Source: Octopus vulgaris (Eukaryota). From it: a stretch of 64,000 nt of DNA. The translations under genes were made by a program, and so were the position numbers. Below are positions 1-13,766 of the stretch, in pieces; the stretch's first letter is position 1, and each line of letters starts with the position of its first letter. The stretch lies in assembly GCA_951406725.2 (NCBI GenBank), contig OX597833.1, forward strand, positions 49,910,001 through 49,974,000, read 5' to 3'. The notes beneath the pieces are model-generated. The model was not told the origin of the DNA and searched no databases. It saw only the letters and a list, made by a program, of their open reading frames with translations.

Positions 1-25
1 TGGACTGCTAATAAATTATGTGCAC

Positions 26-208
26 TCTTTTACTTCTTTCAGTCATTTCACCGCGGCCATGCCTTTAGGCGAGAAAATAGACCCCAGGACTTATTCATTG
101 TAAGCCTAGTACTTATTCTATCGGTCATTTTTGCCGGAAACGTAAACACAACAGCATCAGTTGTCAAGCGATGTTGGTGGTGGTGGACAAACACAGACAC
201 ACAAACAC

Positions 209-249
<41 letters not shown>

Positions 250-435
250 TATATATATTTATACATATATACGACGAGCTTCTTTCAGTTTCCGTTTACC
301 AAATCCACTCACAAGGCTTTGGTCGGCCCGAGTCTATAGTAGAAGACACTTGCCCAAGGTGCCACGCAGTGGGACTGAACCCGGAACCATGTAGCTGGTA
401 AGCAAGCTACTTACTACACAACCACTCCTACGCCT
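26..435 (-). mobile_element. tRNA-derived SINE, family A (internal microsatellite, GTAAAAGA-type tail)
   Basis: Reverse complement of the 1733-2157 copy. A/B-box head (tggctgtgtggtaag...ggttcagtccc), central caccttgggcaagtgtctt, internal (CA)n, tail. Confidence 0.9.
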
Positions 436-467
436 ATAACTTTTAGCAAGTAATATATATATATCTA

Positions 468-535
<68 letters not shown>

Positions 536-1019
536 AACACACACATATGCGTAAGATTACATAGCGTGTATGTGTGTCGAGCCGATAGCACATATTAGGA
601 TTTTTTGTTGTGATTTTCTTTTCTTCCCGGTCTCTTCTTACATGGTGTGTTTGCCATTATGCGTAGGTGTATTTCTCTGTATTCTTTGCTTGATGTGAAA
701 TATACGTGTTAAATGAAAACAAGTCGAAAAGAGAGGGAGGTGGATAGTTTAGGGACAAGAGAGAAAGAAATTGAGGCAAGATAGCGGAAGACGAACGAGA
801 GAAAGTATCAGAAATTAGAAAGAGAGAAGTATTAGAAAGAACTGAAGACAAAATGTGTTGTCTTACTGAAAACTCATTCCAGTCCGACGATTAAATATAA
901 TAGAAAGAAATCAATTTAGTCAATACATAGTTTCAAATATGAACGCTTCGGTTAAGATTCGCGTGATAAGTCGCTTACACGAAAGAAATTCTACTCCAAT
1001 AAACAATAGCAACTTTCAT

Positions 1020-1038
1020 AATAATAATAATAATGATG

Positions 1039-1119
<81 letters not shown>

Positions 1120-1122
1120 GTG

Positions 1123-1189
<67 letters not shown>

Positions 1190-1220
1190 TAATAAAATGA
1201 AAATAATAATAATAATAATT
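1020..1220. repeat. (AAT)n microsatellite
   Basis: Seen directly; source of the poly-N/poly-Y ORFs. Confidence 0.97.
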
Positions 1221-1310
1221 TTGAAGGAAAATATTCTGAATGTATAATCAATACTTTACAAACTTTCAATTGTCTTTTATTTAAAATGAAAAAGAAAAAA
1301 AAATACAGGG

Positions 1311-1352
<42 letters not shown>

Positions 1353-1732
1353 GTCTAGATATTTGAGATTCCATGTTTCTCTGTAGGTGTTTATGACACC
1401 AGAATTTAAACGAGATTTTATATTTTTTCCATCATATCGGCCATTCTCAGCACTATATAAAAATAAAAATTGATGTTTCCAGGAAACAGTACAATCTAAT
1501 TTTGTCAAGTCAGAGGTTGGTTCTTGACCAGGACAATGTTGTCCGCTTGTCGACATTTGAAATTTTACAAGGTGTGAATAAATATCAGAAAGCGGGGCTT
1601 TTTGATGATGAGTGTTACCTGTTCATGAGTGGTCGTGATTTCCCGTTGAAATAAAATAGTTAAAGCTAATACAATATTACTATAGAGCATACTAGCAGTA
1701 AGCAAAAATTCTTAAAAAAACATGGCATATAG

Positions 1733-2157
1733 ACGCAGGAGTGGCTGTGTGGTAAGTAGCTTGCTAACCAACCACATGGTTCCGGGTTCAGTCCCACTGC
1801 GTGGCATCTTGGGCAAGTGTCTTCTGCTATAGCCCTGGGCCGACCAATGTCTTGTGAGTGGATTTGGTAGACGGAAACTGAAAGAAGCCTGTCGTATATA
1901 TATATATATATATATATAATGTGCGTGTGTGTTTGTGTGTCTGTGTTTGTCTCCCTAGCATTGCTTGACAACCGATGCTGGTGTGTTTATGTCCCCGTCA
2001 TTTAGCGGTTCGGCAAATGAGACCGATAGAATAAGCACTGGGCTTACAAAAGAATAAGTCCCAGGGTCGAGTTGCTCGATTAAAGGCGGTGCTCCAGCAT
2101 GGCCGCAGTCACCTGACTGAAACAAGTAAAAGAGTAAAAGAGTAAAGAGTAAAGAGA
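1733..2157 (+). mobile_element. SINE family A, full length
   Basis: gcaggagtggctgtgtggtaag...gggttcagtccc head, internal (TA)/(TG), ends gactgaaacaagtaaaagagtaaaagag; more than 12 related copies in the window. Confidence 0.92.
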
Positions 2158-2170
2158 GTATAGGCTAACG

Positions 2171-2207
<37 letters not shown>

Positions 2208-2506
2208 CATATATGTGTGTGTGTGTGTGTATGCAAATGTTTGTGTATATGTATACATATATGCATGTAAATATATGTGTGTATATGAGTGTGTGTATCC
2301 ATATGTATTTCATTGTGTGTTTGTCTGTCTATATATATAACCAAAATAAGCAACAAGGACATTCAGAGGTTATGCATTACCTCTCGATATCCTTGTTGCT
2401 TATTTTGATTATAATCACCCCATTTTGAATTATATGGATCATACCACACCAAATTCTGGTGCCTTTAACTTAAGTGCCATATTCAACTGAATCTAAATTT
2501 TTATTG

Positions 2507-2537
<31 letters not shown>

Positions 2538-2538
<1 letters not shown>

Positions 2539-2667
2539 GGAGTGGCTCTGTGGTATGTAGCTTGCTTACCAAACACATGGCGCCTTGGACAGGTGTCGTC
2601 TACTATAGCTTCGGGCTGATCAAAGCCTTGTGAGTAGATTTGGTAGACAGAAACTGAAAGAATCCTG

Positions 2668-2712
<45 letters not shown>

Positions 2713-2880
2713 TATATGTATTTATGTATGTGTATATGTTGTGTATCTGTGTTGGTACACCCAACATCGCTTGACAACCGATGCTGGTGTGTTTGGGTCC
2801 TCGTAACTTAGTCAACTAAAGGCTGTGCTCCACCATGGCTGCAGTCAAATGACTGAAACAAGTAAAAGAATAAAAGAATA
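2538..2880 (+). mobile_element. SINE family A, internally deleted
   Basis: Collinear with 1733-2157, lacking the B-box and part of the 3' body. Confidence 0.85.
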
Positions 2881-2885
2881 TGTAC

Positions 2886-2924
<39 letters not shown>

Positions 2925-2926
<2 letters not shown>

Positions 2927-3110
2927 GCTCGTAGCTTAGTTTTTCCTGGGGGCTGGCCGGATCGGAGCGATCTCAAGATTAATCAGCCGAAATTGCTACG
3001 ATGATCCGGTTCTTGACTGAAGATTGAGGGCTTCGAATGTCCCGTCCGTGTTTTTTGTATCGTCTTCTAAGTGTTTTGCGTTCTTGTCCCAGTTTGTATT
3101 TTTCTACATA
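2925..3110 (+). mobile_element. Short (TA)n-embedded element, family J1 (probable Penelope-like pLTR remnant)
   Basis: Flanked by (TA)n on both sides; homologous to 29690-29850 (+) and 25620-25800 (-). Penelope origin is inferred from the hammerhead content and T-rich 3' part. Confidence 0.65.
2966..3032 (+). ncRNA. Candidate non-circularly permuted hammerhead ribozyme (J1 copy 1)
   Basis: agcgat-C-tcaaga (2966-2978), agcc-GAA-attgct (2985-2997), tcttga-CTGAAGA (3011-3023), ggct (3029-3032). Stems III and I each form 6 bp. Confidence 0.65.
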
Positions 3111-3113
3111 TAA

Positions 3114-3174
<61 letters not shown>

Positions 3175-3685
3175 TGAAATTGTGTATATTGTCCTCAATT
3201 CCACATTGTGGAATATTTAAACCTGAGATTCATCTTGTGGATGCTATACACATAGATTAGCAACGACGAAGTTTAACGCGTCGTTCCTAGCATTAAACTT
3301 GCATCAAGACAGAACACGATTCTTTAACAAAACATACCATTATGAGTCCTCTGCCAAACTAGAGCTGGAGTCTGATGCCTACTCCCAAAGTATCTCGACA
3401 GCAATTAGGTAAACTATATCAAGAAGAAATGGAATCGATTCTTTCAGGATGTGGGTGTTAATATATATTTCAAAAACCCAATTATTCAATTAATGTGGAT
3501 ATGACACAAGGATTTGGAAACTGTCGAACCTACATGATTTTTCTATAAATACAGAGTAGATGCTAAATTACAGAGTCACAAATTAAATCGATAAATTATT
3601 AATTAAATAGGCCGAAGAAACACCGTCACACACAAACGTGCATAATTATTTCTACAAATACATACACACTCAAAATTTTCTATGA

Positions 3686-3771
<86 letters not shown>

Positions 3772-3802
3772 ATATATATGTATATATATATAAATATATA
3801 TG

Positions 3803-3856
<54 letters not shown>

Positions 3857-4189
3857 TCCACTGTCATATTATACACGCATAATTATTCATTAAATTTTCA
3901 ACACTATGTATTGCTCTAATTATATCAGATAATGAATATTAATCAATCTAAACATAAATAACATATATAAACGAAAAGAACGAAAAAAAATTCAGAGAAA
4001 AAAACTGGAATATTTCCGCAGGGGTGTGTGCATTAGGGAGAAGTGCTTTTCCAGCTAAAATAAGTATGGCTGATAACAAAATGTCGTTATTAGAACCTAT
4101 AACTATTAAACAGACCTCGTAAAATATTAATTACGGACACCATAAATATATTGCGTTTTATACATGATATATAATATATATAATTTATA

Positions 4190-4237
<48 letters not shown>

Positions 4238-4508
4238 AATATCTATATTTATATATCTTTGCGTGTGTATGTGTACATATATGATATATTGGTCTATATA
4301 TATAGGTGTTTGTTGGGGGGATACTTTTTATGTGTTATATACTGATGAATGTGATGGAAATATTAGTTTTTGCATAATGATTTATTATATTTTCATATAT
4401 TATATGCGTATGCTAAAGAATATAAAGGTATATATATTTTTCTAACAAAAGAAAGATTTGATAGGTACGAATGCCATCAGAGTCTCCTATGTGTTTGCGT
4501 GTGTGCGG

Positions 4509-4541
<33 letters not shown>

Positions 4542-4560
4542 GAGATAGATAAATAGATAA

Positions 4561-4611
<51 letters not shown>

Positions 4612-4741
4612 TGCGTGTGTACGCATATGTACGTATAAGTTATGCATATATTTATGCCTCTGTAAATGTACGTATGCACGTATATATGCACGTATATATA
4701 TGGGGTGCAATGGAAGCATTGTCACTGTGTAGAAATATAAT

Positions 4742-4837
<96 letters not shown>

Positions 4838-5247
4838 CACACACACATATAACAGAAAAAAAGTGGCTTTGAGTGGGGTTTTCAGATACACATCCCTGAT
4901 CACACACTACAGACTCCTACCGCAACTGTACACGTCAGACCCCTTCCCATTGTGTCCCTGATCTGATCACTCTCTCGTTATAGATTTTTAACGTTTATAT
5001 ATAGCTGTTAATTCGATATAGACGGACCTTATCAGTGGGATATCATCAAGAATCTAGGGTTATTATCTATTGCATTGAATGTTTAATTTACAGAAAGAGA
5101 AGAGCGGATATGAAAGATATATATTTAAATCATTTTTTTGGCGGAAGAAATCGCTCATGGTTAATTAGTACGAAAAAGTATACGAAAAAGAGGAGATAAG
5201 AGAAGGAGAGAGAGAAGGGAGAGAATATATATATATATATATATATG

Positions 5248-5320
<73 letters not shown>

Positions 5321-5525
5321 TAGTAGTAGTAGTGGTATAGTAGTAGTTGTTGTAGTAGTAAACATATTTGAGACTTACATAGAACTTGAAATGTTGAGAT
5401 CAGTCAAGTTTATATCTCCCTAACAAATATAAGCCGTTCTAAACGAACACACATACATACAGACGCACAAATATAAAAACACACACACACACACACACAT
5501 ACACACACACATATACACTTACATA

Positions 5526-5758
5526 CAGAGTTGGCCAAAATTCACCTGACAGTAAATCAAAACCATTTAATTCCAAGATTTATTTATCTTCAACAACTGA
5601 ATGAATTTAATAAAAGCATCTAAATATGAACTATCGTGAATGTTGTTTAAAACGAAGTCCTTCTTGAGCGACACATTTTTCCATTCGAGTCAATACAGAA
5701 TTACGGATACTATCTCTGGAATTTTGATTTATGGTCGGGTGACTTTTGGCCAACCTTG
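5526..5758. mobile_element. Tc1/mariner-type MITE
   Basis: ~37-bp imperfect TIRs (cagagttggccaaaattcacctgac... / ...gtcgggtgacttttggccaaccttg), TA on both sides. Confidence 0.85.
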
Positions 5759-5869
5759 TATATGTTTATGTAGATATCTACATATCTACAACAGTATAAG
5801 AGTGAGAAAGTTAGATATATGTTGGATTGTTGTTCTGAGTATATCTCAAACTGAATTTACTCTCCCCCA

Positions 5870-6140
5870 TCTCTCTCTTTCCTACTCTGTCTGTCTGTCT
5901 GTCTGTCGTCTGTCTGTCTTTCTTTCTTTCTTTCTTCTTTCCTTTCTTTCTTTCTTCCTTTCTTTCTTCCTTTCTTCCTTTCTTCCTTCCTTCCTTTCTT
6001 TCTTTCTTTCTTTCTTTCTTCCTTCCTTTCTCTCTCTCTCCCTCCCTCCCTCCTTCCTTCTTCCTTCTTTCTTTCTTTCCTTCTTTCTTTCCCTCTTTCT
6101 TTCCTTCCTTCTTTCCTTCTTTCCTTCTTTCTTTCTGCCT
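5870..6140. repeat. Pyrimidine-rich (CTTT/CCTT)n tract
   Basis: Seen directly. Confidence 0.95.
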
Positions 6141-6643
6141 GCCTACAGACCATGACTGTGTATTTAATGTAGCTAAAACTCTAGAGTAATCCCACCAAAA
6201 AGCATCTAAGAAGACTCCTGAATATTATGCAGCCGGACAATTGGAATGTAAGTGATCTGTAGGTGGTGAATATGCAGAGTATTGAGGGCAACATCACCTG
6301 ATACCAAATGCGAAGGTGTGTGTAATTGATTGCATTGTTAATATTTGTCAATATTTATTAAAAAAAACAACGAAAAATACATAGGATTTGTGTACGTAAC
6401 ACGTAAAGTACATCTATATTCGAGGCTTGAAGTGAAAAATGAAAATTGTAATGAAAGACTCTAGCTTGGGTCCCGATGTAAAATATTCTTTGCAAGTCTA
6501 CGAAATTAGTTTACGTTCACATTATACAATGCACTGTTAGGGAATTTCCTTAATAGACAATGGGCAACGCTTTTATAACTGTTACCTCGGATCGGATTTG
6601 ACAAATATTTAATGTACTTCAACAACAAACCAGCAGTAAAAGC

Positions 6644-6676
<33 letters not shown>

Positions 6677-6683
6677 AACAATG

Positions 6684-6738
<55 letters not shown>

Positions 6739-6740
<2 letters not shown>

Positions 6741-6900
6741 CGCTGTTTATCTTGTTATGAGATCACCATGTCGCGCACATATGGTTGTGATGCATGTGCC
6801 TGGTGTACCCTTATCAGACGAGTAGTCATGATGGGTATATTGGGCTTCGTATATTTTACCCCAGTGTCACTTTAATGGCATGCACTGCTCTCTCACTCAA
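6739..6900 (+). mobile_element. 3' end of an (AAT)n-tailed retroposon family
   Basis: Lies between (AAT)n tracts; its 5' part matches 53857-53915. Confidence 0.6.
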
Positions 6901-6910
6901 TAATAATAAT

Positions 6911-6946
<36 letters not shown>

Positions 6947-7589
6947 AATAATAATAATAATTTCTATTATAGGCACAAGGCCCGATGTTTTGGGGAGGAG
7001 ATAGTCGTGGAACTCAGTTTATCGCCCCTGAAAGGGTGAAATGTAAAATCGACCCCGGTGGAACTATAAATAATAATGATTTCAAATTTTGGCACAAGGC
7101 CTGAAATTTTGGAGGGGAGGGGGTTAAGTCGATTACATTGACCCCAGTACTCAACTGGTACTTAATTTATCAACCTCGAAAGGATGAAAGGCAAAATCTC
7201 AGGTGTGCTAACAATTTTGCTAGCTCGCCGCCTCAAACAATCATAATATTAACTGAATTGTACCAACAAATTATAAAGAAAATATTGAATCTAATTCCTA
7301 TACTTACCACACTTTGCACGTCCTTCTGATGATTCGTCCGAATAATCACCACAATGGTTAATTCTATCACATATAAGATCTTTATCAATGCACCAATTAT
7401 TATTACAGCGGAACGCTAAGCCACAACTTGCTTTGGACTTGGAAGCTGAAAGTGAAAAGTAGATATAAATAAATAATATTAGTGGTCTTTAATGAGAAAA
7501 ATATTTGTATCTTAATTACAAATTCTGGCTTCTGCAGTTATTGCTATGACTTGAGTGTGCGTGTACATGTTGGTTGTAAGAATAGTATT

Positions 7590-7822
7590 TATGTCTTCAT
7601 ATTGCCCACAGGAGGCTAAACATAGAGGGGACAAACAAGGACAGACAAAGGGATTAATTCGATTACATCGACCCCAGTGGATAACTTGTACTTATTTAAT
7701 CGACCCCGAAAGGATGAAAGGCAAAGTCGACCTCGGCGGAATTTGAACTCAGAACCAGAAGACGGACGAAAAACTGCTAAGCATTTCGTCCGTCGTGCTA
7801 ACGTTTCTGCCAGCTCGCCGCC
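7590..7822 (-). mobile_element. tRNA-derived SINE, family B, full length with TSD
   Basis: Minus-strand head ggcggcgagctggcagaaacgttagc...gagttcaaattcc, core gtcgactttgcctttcatcctttcggggtcgat. 15-bp TSD tgtaagaatagtatt at 7575-7589 and 7823-7837. Confidence 0.92.
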
Positions 7823-8179
7823 TGTAAGAATAGTATTACTCAAATGAATATGTCGATTTGGTTATCTAGAATAACCTATCGCAGAATTATTATGTTCGCA
7901 CAGGTACGCCGTTCCGCTCCAACGGAGTTACAATATTAAGCTAACACAGTGACCAATACGGACGACCATCGCTGGCAACTGGAACTGACAGTTTACGCAG
8001 TTCTTTGTTCAAATCTGTTTAGTCCACTTTCAGTTACGTGGAGTGAACAGGATTCTCCAATAATAGTTATATAAAAAGGTGTAACTACGAATATCGAATG
8101 TTTATTTAGGACAATAAGAACACTGGAAGTTGTATAAAAATTTATATCTGCGTATATAAATATAACAATAAAGACTTCC

Positions 8180-8500
8180 TATGGTTACGAAAGTTCATGA
8201 GATTGCATCTAGAAGGTTCTCCTCCGAGGCCAAATTCCGAGCAAAGTTGTTTTTGGAAGACCGACAGTCGCTCATGCACATCTGTCTCCCTTCTTCTCGC
8301 CACCGATGTTGCCCGAAGAATAAGGAAAGGCTGATACAGCTTCGCATCAGTGACGTCGCAACTCATTTCTACAGCTGAGTGAACTGGAGCAACCTGAAAT
8401 AAAGTAGCCTGCTCAAGAACACAACACACATCCCGGTCCGGGAATCGAACTCACGTCTGTAACCTCCAAGCTCTAAACGCCGAGCGATGCGTCTTCACTC
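8180..8500 (-). mobile_element. tRNA-derived SINE, family D head with alternative tail
   Basis: Reverse-complement homologue of 24459-24795 (ttcgattccc B-box, gtgttcttgagca, ttgctccagttcactcagctg). Confidence 0.8.
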
Positions 8501-9057
8501 TGTGTGTTTGTGTGTGCATCCGTGACCAATATTTCTTTTGTGTTTGGATGAAAAATGTCAGAATATTTACAATGAGTTTACAGATGATTGCATGTGTTTA
8601 TAATAAATCATAAACACATCCTGAACATGTTTGAACATTACACTCCATTCGTTATCATTCGGAACTCGTTACGTTTGAAATCTGCTTCAAGAAAAATACA
8701 TTTCTTTTCATTAAAGAATAATTATAAGAAAATGATGCTACTTAGAAGTACATTATTTCTTAAATAGTAAATCTCTGTAATTACATCCATTTTATAAAAA
8801 GATTTCTCATTCTGACTTAGGTATTTTGGACAATGGCTGTTTGTCAAGGAAATAATACATAACAATTTTGTAACAAACATTGTAACTACTTCTGCTGCTG
8901 CTGCTGCAGTTACCGCTGCTACATCTACAATTTATGCGAGCAATTTAAAATGGTCGTGTTGCATACATGCATATATATGTATGTATACATTCGTATATGT
9001 AAGTATTTGTATGTTGTATGTATATATATGTGTGTATTTATGTTACTTTCTGCGTAT

Positions 9058-9116
9058 ATTCCACTGATGAGGCAAAGCATTTCTTAATGCAAAGTCAGAC
9101 ATCCTGGATCTGGAAT
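9058..9116 (+). ncRNA. Degenerate minimal type I hammerhead-like motif
   Basis: attcca-CTGATGA-ggc..gcatt/aatgc..gtc-[agac in place of GAA]-atcctggat-C-tggaat. 6-bp stem I and palindromic stem III, but the GAAA strand is damaged. Confidence 0.45.
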
Positions 9117-9373
9117 TGTCCAGTAATTTTTTGCTAGTTTCATTTTGCCTTTTTGTCTTCTCTCCTTGTGCTGTATGAACATTTAATGTGGTTTTAGGGT
9201 CAGCTTTAGGCTACTATTTTCAGCAGGGCAGTATCCCTTAGGTACCCTCAATTATAATTTTAATAATAATTATTTCCTTTGAAGGTTTCATTTCCGTGCT
9301 GGCCACTTGATAAGATCGATATTTAATATAAATCAACGACAATTATCCTTATATACATATATATATATATATG

Positions 9374-9405
<32 letters not shown>

Positions 9406-9406
9406 A

Positions 9407-9445
<39 letters not shown>

Positions 9446-9469
9446 CATATATATATATACATATATACA

Positions 9470-9503
<34 letters not shown>

Positions 9504-9594
9504 CATACATAGATCCGTTCGACTTTTGTCTGAGTGTGTGTGTATGTGTGTGCGTCTGTGAATGTGTGTGTGTGAATGTGTGTGTGTGCGTGTG

Positions 9595-9745
9595 TTGATT
9601 TTATTCCATATTCCCCTCTCAGATTCACACTCCTATTGCAGCGGTCCTTCAATTTTTCTAAGCCCTGCAAAAGAACTCCAAAGGCTGGTCCTCCAACCAT
9701 GCCTTTTGCAATACATTTAAATCCAGGAAACATTTCAACGTCCAT
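9595..9745 (-). mobile_element. mariner-derived MITE fragment (transposase C-terminus remnant)
   Basis: Translates to ...[19 protein letters not shown]; same family as 36816-37037. Confidence 0.75.
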
Positions 9746-10003
9746 TCCTATATAGACACACATATATATCGCAGACGTCGCTGTGTGAAGGCTTGACTGT
9801 TAGGTGAAAAGCTCGCTTCCAAACTACATGGTTTCGGGTTCAGTTCCACAGCGTGGTACCTTGGACAACGGACCGACCAAAGTCGTCTGAGAATATTTGG
9901 TAGACAGAAGACAGAAACTTAAAGAAGCCCGTCGCATCTATCAATACATCTATCTGTCTGTCTGTCTGTTTGTCCGTCCGTCCGTCCGTCCGTCCGCCCA
10001 TCC

Positions 10004-10141
<138 letters not shown>

Positions 10142-10245
10142 TTATCTATCTTATCTATCTGTCTGTCAGTCTTTTTGTCTATCTGTCTATCAATGTATCA
10201 ACGCACACACACACACACTCACACACACATATATATATACACACA

Positions 10246-10956
10246 CGAGGGAAAGTCAAAAACTGTAAACACTGTTGCTTTTTCAATGTATTTACACAAA
10301 AGCAGAGGACAAACAATTACGTCATTTTTCTACATAGTCTCCTTCCTTTTCGATGCATTTGGCCTAACTGTCCAGAAGCTTGCGCATTCCCTCCAAGAAG
10401 GAGGTTTTCGGTTGCTAGTACAACCATTTATGCACTGCTTCTTTCACATCTTCATCCGTAGGATATCGATGACCTCGTAAACCATCTTTAAGCAGTCCAA
10501 ATATATGATAGTCGGAAAGGAACAGATCTGGACTCTAGGTAGGATGTTCCAGCACCTCAGAACCCAATCGATTAATACCTTCAACGGTCTGGGCGGCCGT
10601 ATATGTGCGTGCGTTGTTATGCAACAACAAACCTTTCTTCGATAATAGGCCTCGACGTTTGGTGCGAATTGCTGGCTTCAGTTTGTTGACCAGCAAAGTA
10701 CTGTATCTTGCACTGTTGACCATACGCCACTTTTCCAGAGAAATCGGACCACCGCTCTTTGTTTTTCTTTGGTGCACATTGCTAGTGAAGCAGCCACGCT
10801 CCCTTTGCAAAGCCAGAAAGAAAAATGGCGTGATCAGGCTCAAACTTCGATCATGTGAAAACAATTGTACCAACTATAAGCACGCATGCGCAAAAAGTAG
10901 GGTGGCAATAATAAGGACATGTTCTAGCGAAAGTGTGGATAGTTTTTGACTTCTCG
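10246..10956 (-). mobile_element. Internally deleted mariner (DD34D) transposon, pseudogenic transposase
   Basis: TIRs cgag(gga)aagtcaaaaact at both ends. Minus strand reads LLHNNARTY (HDNARPH motif), EHPT*SPDLFLSDYHIF (YSPDLAPSDY motif) and KCIEKEGDYVEK, with stop codons. Confidence 0.92.
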
Positions 10957-10988
10957 TACATGTATATGTATATATGGGCGTGTGTGTG

Positions 10989-11235
10989 TGGAGCGCGTGA
11001 CTTAGTGGTTAGGGTGTCAGCATCATGATCGTAAGATTGTGGTTTCGATTCCTGAACCGGGCGACGCGTTGTGTTCTTGAGCAAAACACTTCATTTCATG
11101 TTGCTCCAGTCCACTCAGCTGGCAAAAATGAGTAACGCTGCGATGGACTGGAGTCCCGTCCAGCTGGGAATCACTTACGCCATTGAAACCGGGAAACCGC
11201 TCCCATGAGCCTGGTTAGGCTTGAAAAGGGCGCAT
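10989..11235 (+). mobile_element. SINE family D
   Basis: gcgtgacttagtggttagg A-box and ttcgattcc B-box; near-identical to 48812-49060. Confidence 0.9.
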
Positions 11236-11482
11236 AAATATATAAAAAAAAATATATATACATATGTATGTATGTATATGTGAGTGTGTTTTACTCGTTT
11301 CAGGGAATAAACATGCGTTATATATATCAAACATATAGTTATTTTAATATAATCCTACTTGAAGTGCATGATATAACACACACTAACGCCCACATGCATA
11401 AGAGGATGCACACATATGCAGTAAACATATATATACACATACATACAAATAAACTTTATGTCTGTCAAAATGTTTATGTGCG

Positions 11483-11539
<57 letters not shown>

Positions 11540-11989
11540 AAGGTGTCAGCATCCCACACATTAATGCTAATTAATACATGTTCCTTTTCAACCATTTACA
11601 TATTTACAACACATGCCCGCATGCACACACTTGTACGCGCATGTACATATACTTGCACACCTGTATGCAAATGCTCAACGTTTAACAGATGCGACTTCGA
11701 GCTTAAATAACAAACCAGCCTACACGTATTGGGTGTGAGGGGGGAATACATAGAGACATGCACATGAACACATAGGACCATCCCACAAACCACAAAGCCT
11801 CTCTAAGTCCTTTTTACCACAATAAATAATCTTTTCTACTCTAGGCACAAGGGTCGAAATTTACCGCTAAACATTTCGCCTGGCGTGATCTCATTAAATA
11901 ATGACTACATCGATAACAAAAAACAGCAGGCAAAATGCAGATCATACAGTCATGTGCAAAGCGTAAAGCTAAAACATATCTATTCTCAA

Positions 11990-12380
11990 ATCCTTATCTC
12001 GTCATCATACTTGTGGCTATGGCGAAAGAATGTATCTGGTGGATGCGTCTGAAAGGATTAGAGACAAACACTTTCCTCTCTGGTCAATCCCTCATCAACT
12101 TCTTCAAGTATCACTTGAAAAGGAAAGTTAGAGTAGAGAGACAAGATTTGTCTAGCGAATGTTTAAAAAAAAGATGGGTGAATGTAGCAAGGATGGCACG
12201 CATGACTGACTAAGCCACCTTGGGCATAATCCTATGAACCCAGAAAAATTTAAGACAAAGAGTTACTTACTTGCAAATAAATGTGTTAATATGTGACATT
12301 ATTCACCGAGGTTACCGTGCTCTTTTCCGTAGGCTTTTCTTTCCACGGATAAACCTTATCTTCTTCCCCCTTTACACTTT
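11990..12380 (+). mobile_element. 3' fragment of an L1/Tx1-clade LINE (ORF2 C-terminus plus 3'UTR)
   Basis: IILVAMAKECIWWMRLK...LINFFKYHLKRKVRVERQ...KKRW fits the 'aK..IW..R...W' C-terminal pattern of Tx1 ORF2; a pyrimidine-rich UTR follows. Recognised by pattern only. Confidence 0.6.
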
Positions 12381-13012
12381 ACATCATGAAAAAGTACAGC
12401 AGGGTTCGCCACCACCCCCTGCCGGCGCCTCGTGGAAATTTAGGTGTTTTCGCACAACAAGCACTCACAACGCCGAGTCTGGGAATCGAAACCGCGATCC
12501 TACGACCCCGAGTCAGTTGCCCTAACCACTGGGCCATTGCGCGTATACGCTATAACGTTTACATACACATTCTTTCGCGCTCTCACAGCCGCATTCCTTT
12601 GTTTTATTCTTTTACTCGCTTCAGTCATTTATACGGCGCCCATACTGGAGTACCACCTTGAAGGATTTTTAGCTGAATAAATGGAACCGCTCCACTCCCA
12701 CACACCTCAGGTACTTATTTTTATTTTCTTTTTAAGCCTCATACTTATTCTATCGGACTCTTTTTGCTGAACCGCTAGTTTACAGGGATGCACGCAAGCC
12801 AACACCAGTTGTCAAAGTTGTTGCAGGGTACAAACACAGGCACACACACAGACACACGCATCTGCGCGCACTCGCGTCGTAGCTCTATGGTAAGAAGCTT
12901 GCTTCCCAACCACATGGTTCCAGGTTCACTTCCAATAAAATCACACATTCATTCCTCAAATGCAATTTCAGTAATACTAATGTATAAATATCTATAGGCA
13001 TAAACACACACA

Positions 13013-13063
<51 letters not shown>

Positions 13064-13677
13064 CATCGCCGCAACCACCACCACCAACACCACCACCGCC
13101 GGCCGCACACATTCACTCGTTCATGGTAACGCTTTAGAAGAATGAAACATCACGTGAGTACATTCAAAAACAGAAATATACACAAACTGACAAAACAGAT
13201 TGACATATACAAACATGCAAACATCCATTCATCCATCCATCCACCCGTTCATACATACATACATAATACATACATACATACATACATACATACATACATA
13301 CACATATGCATACATATATGTTTATATTATATATATATATATATGTGTGAATATATTTATAGATACATATACACAAGTACATAATTATATATGTATTTAT
13401 CCATATATATTTATAAACACATGCATACATATATATTTACATTGATAAATATGTGTGTGTACATATATATGTGTGTATGTATGGATGTATGGATGTATAT
13501 ATGTGCGTGTGTATGAATGTATGTATCTATGAATATGTGTGTGTGTATGAATATATGCATGCATATATATATATATATGTATATATATAATGTCTGTGTA
13601 TATATATACACACATAATGTTTGTATATATATATATGCATAATGTATGTATGTATATATATATATATACATAATGTA

Positions 13678-13712
<35 letters not shown>

Positions 13713-13722
13713 TTACATAATG

Positions 13723-13766
<44 letters not shown>

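Noticed and set aside
1733-1810. tRNA genes at SINE heads
   Set aside because: The A/B boxes run directly into SINE bodies, and I could not fold complete cloverleaves.
4990-5045. Minus-strand ctgataa...gaat hammerhead
   Set aside because: Stems I and III cannot be formed.
7325-7350. ctgatga followed by cgaat
   Set aside because: Folds as a simple hairpin without hammerhead stems.
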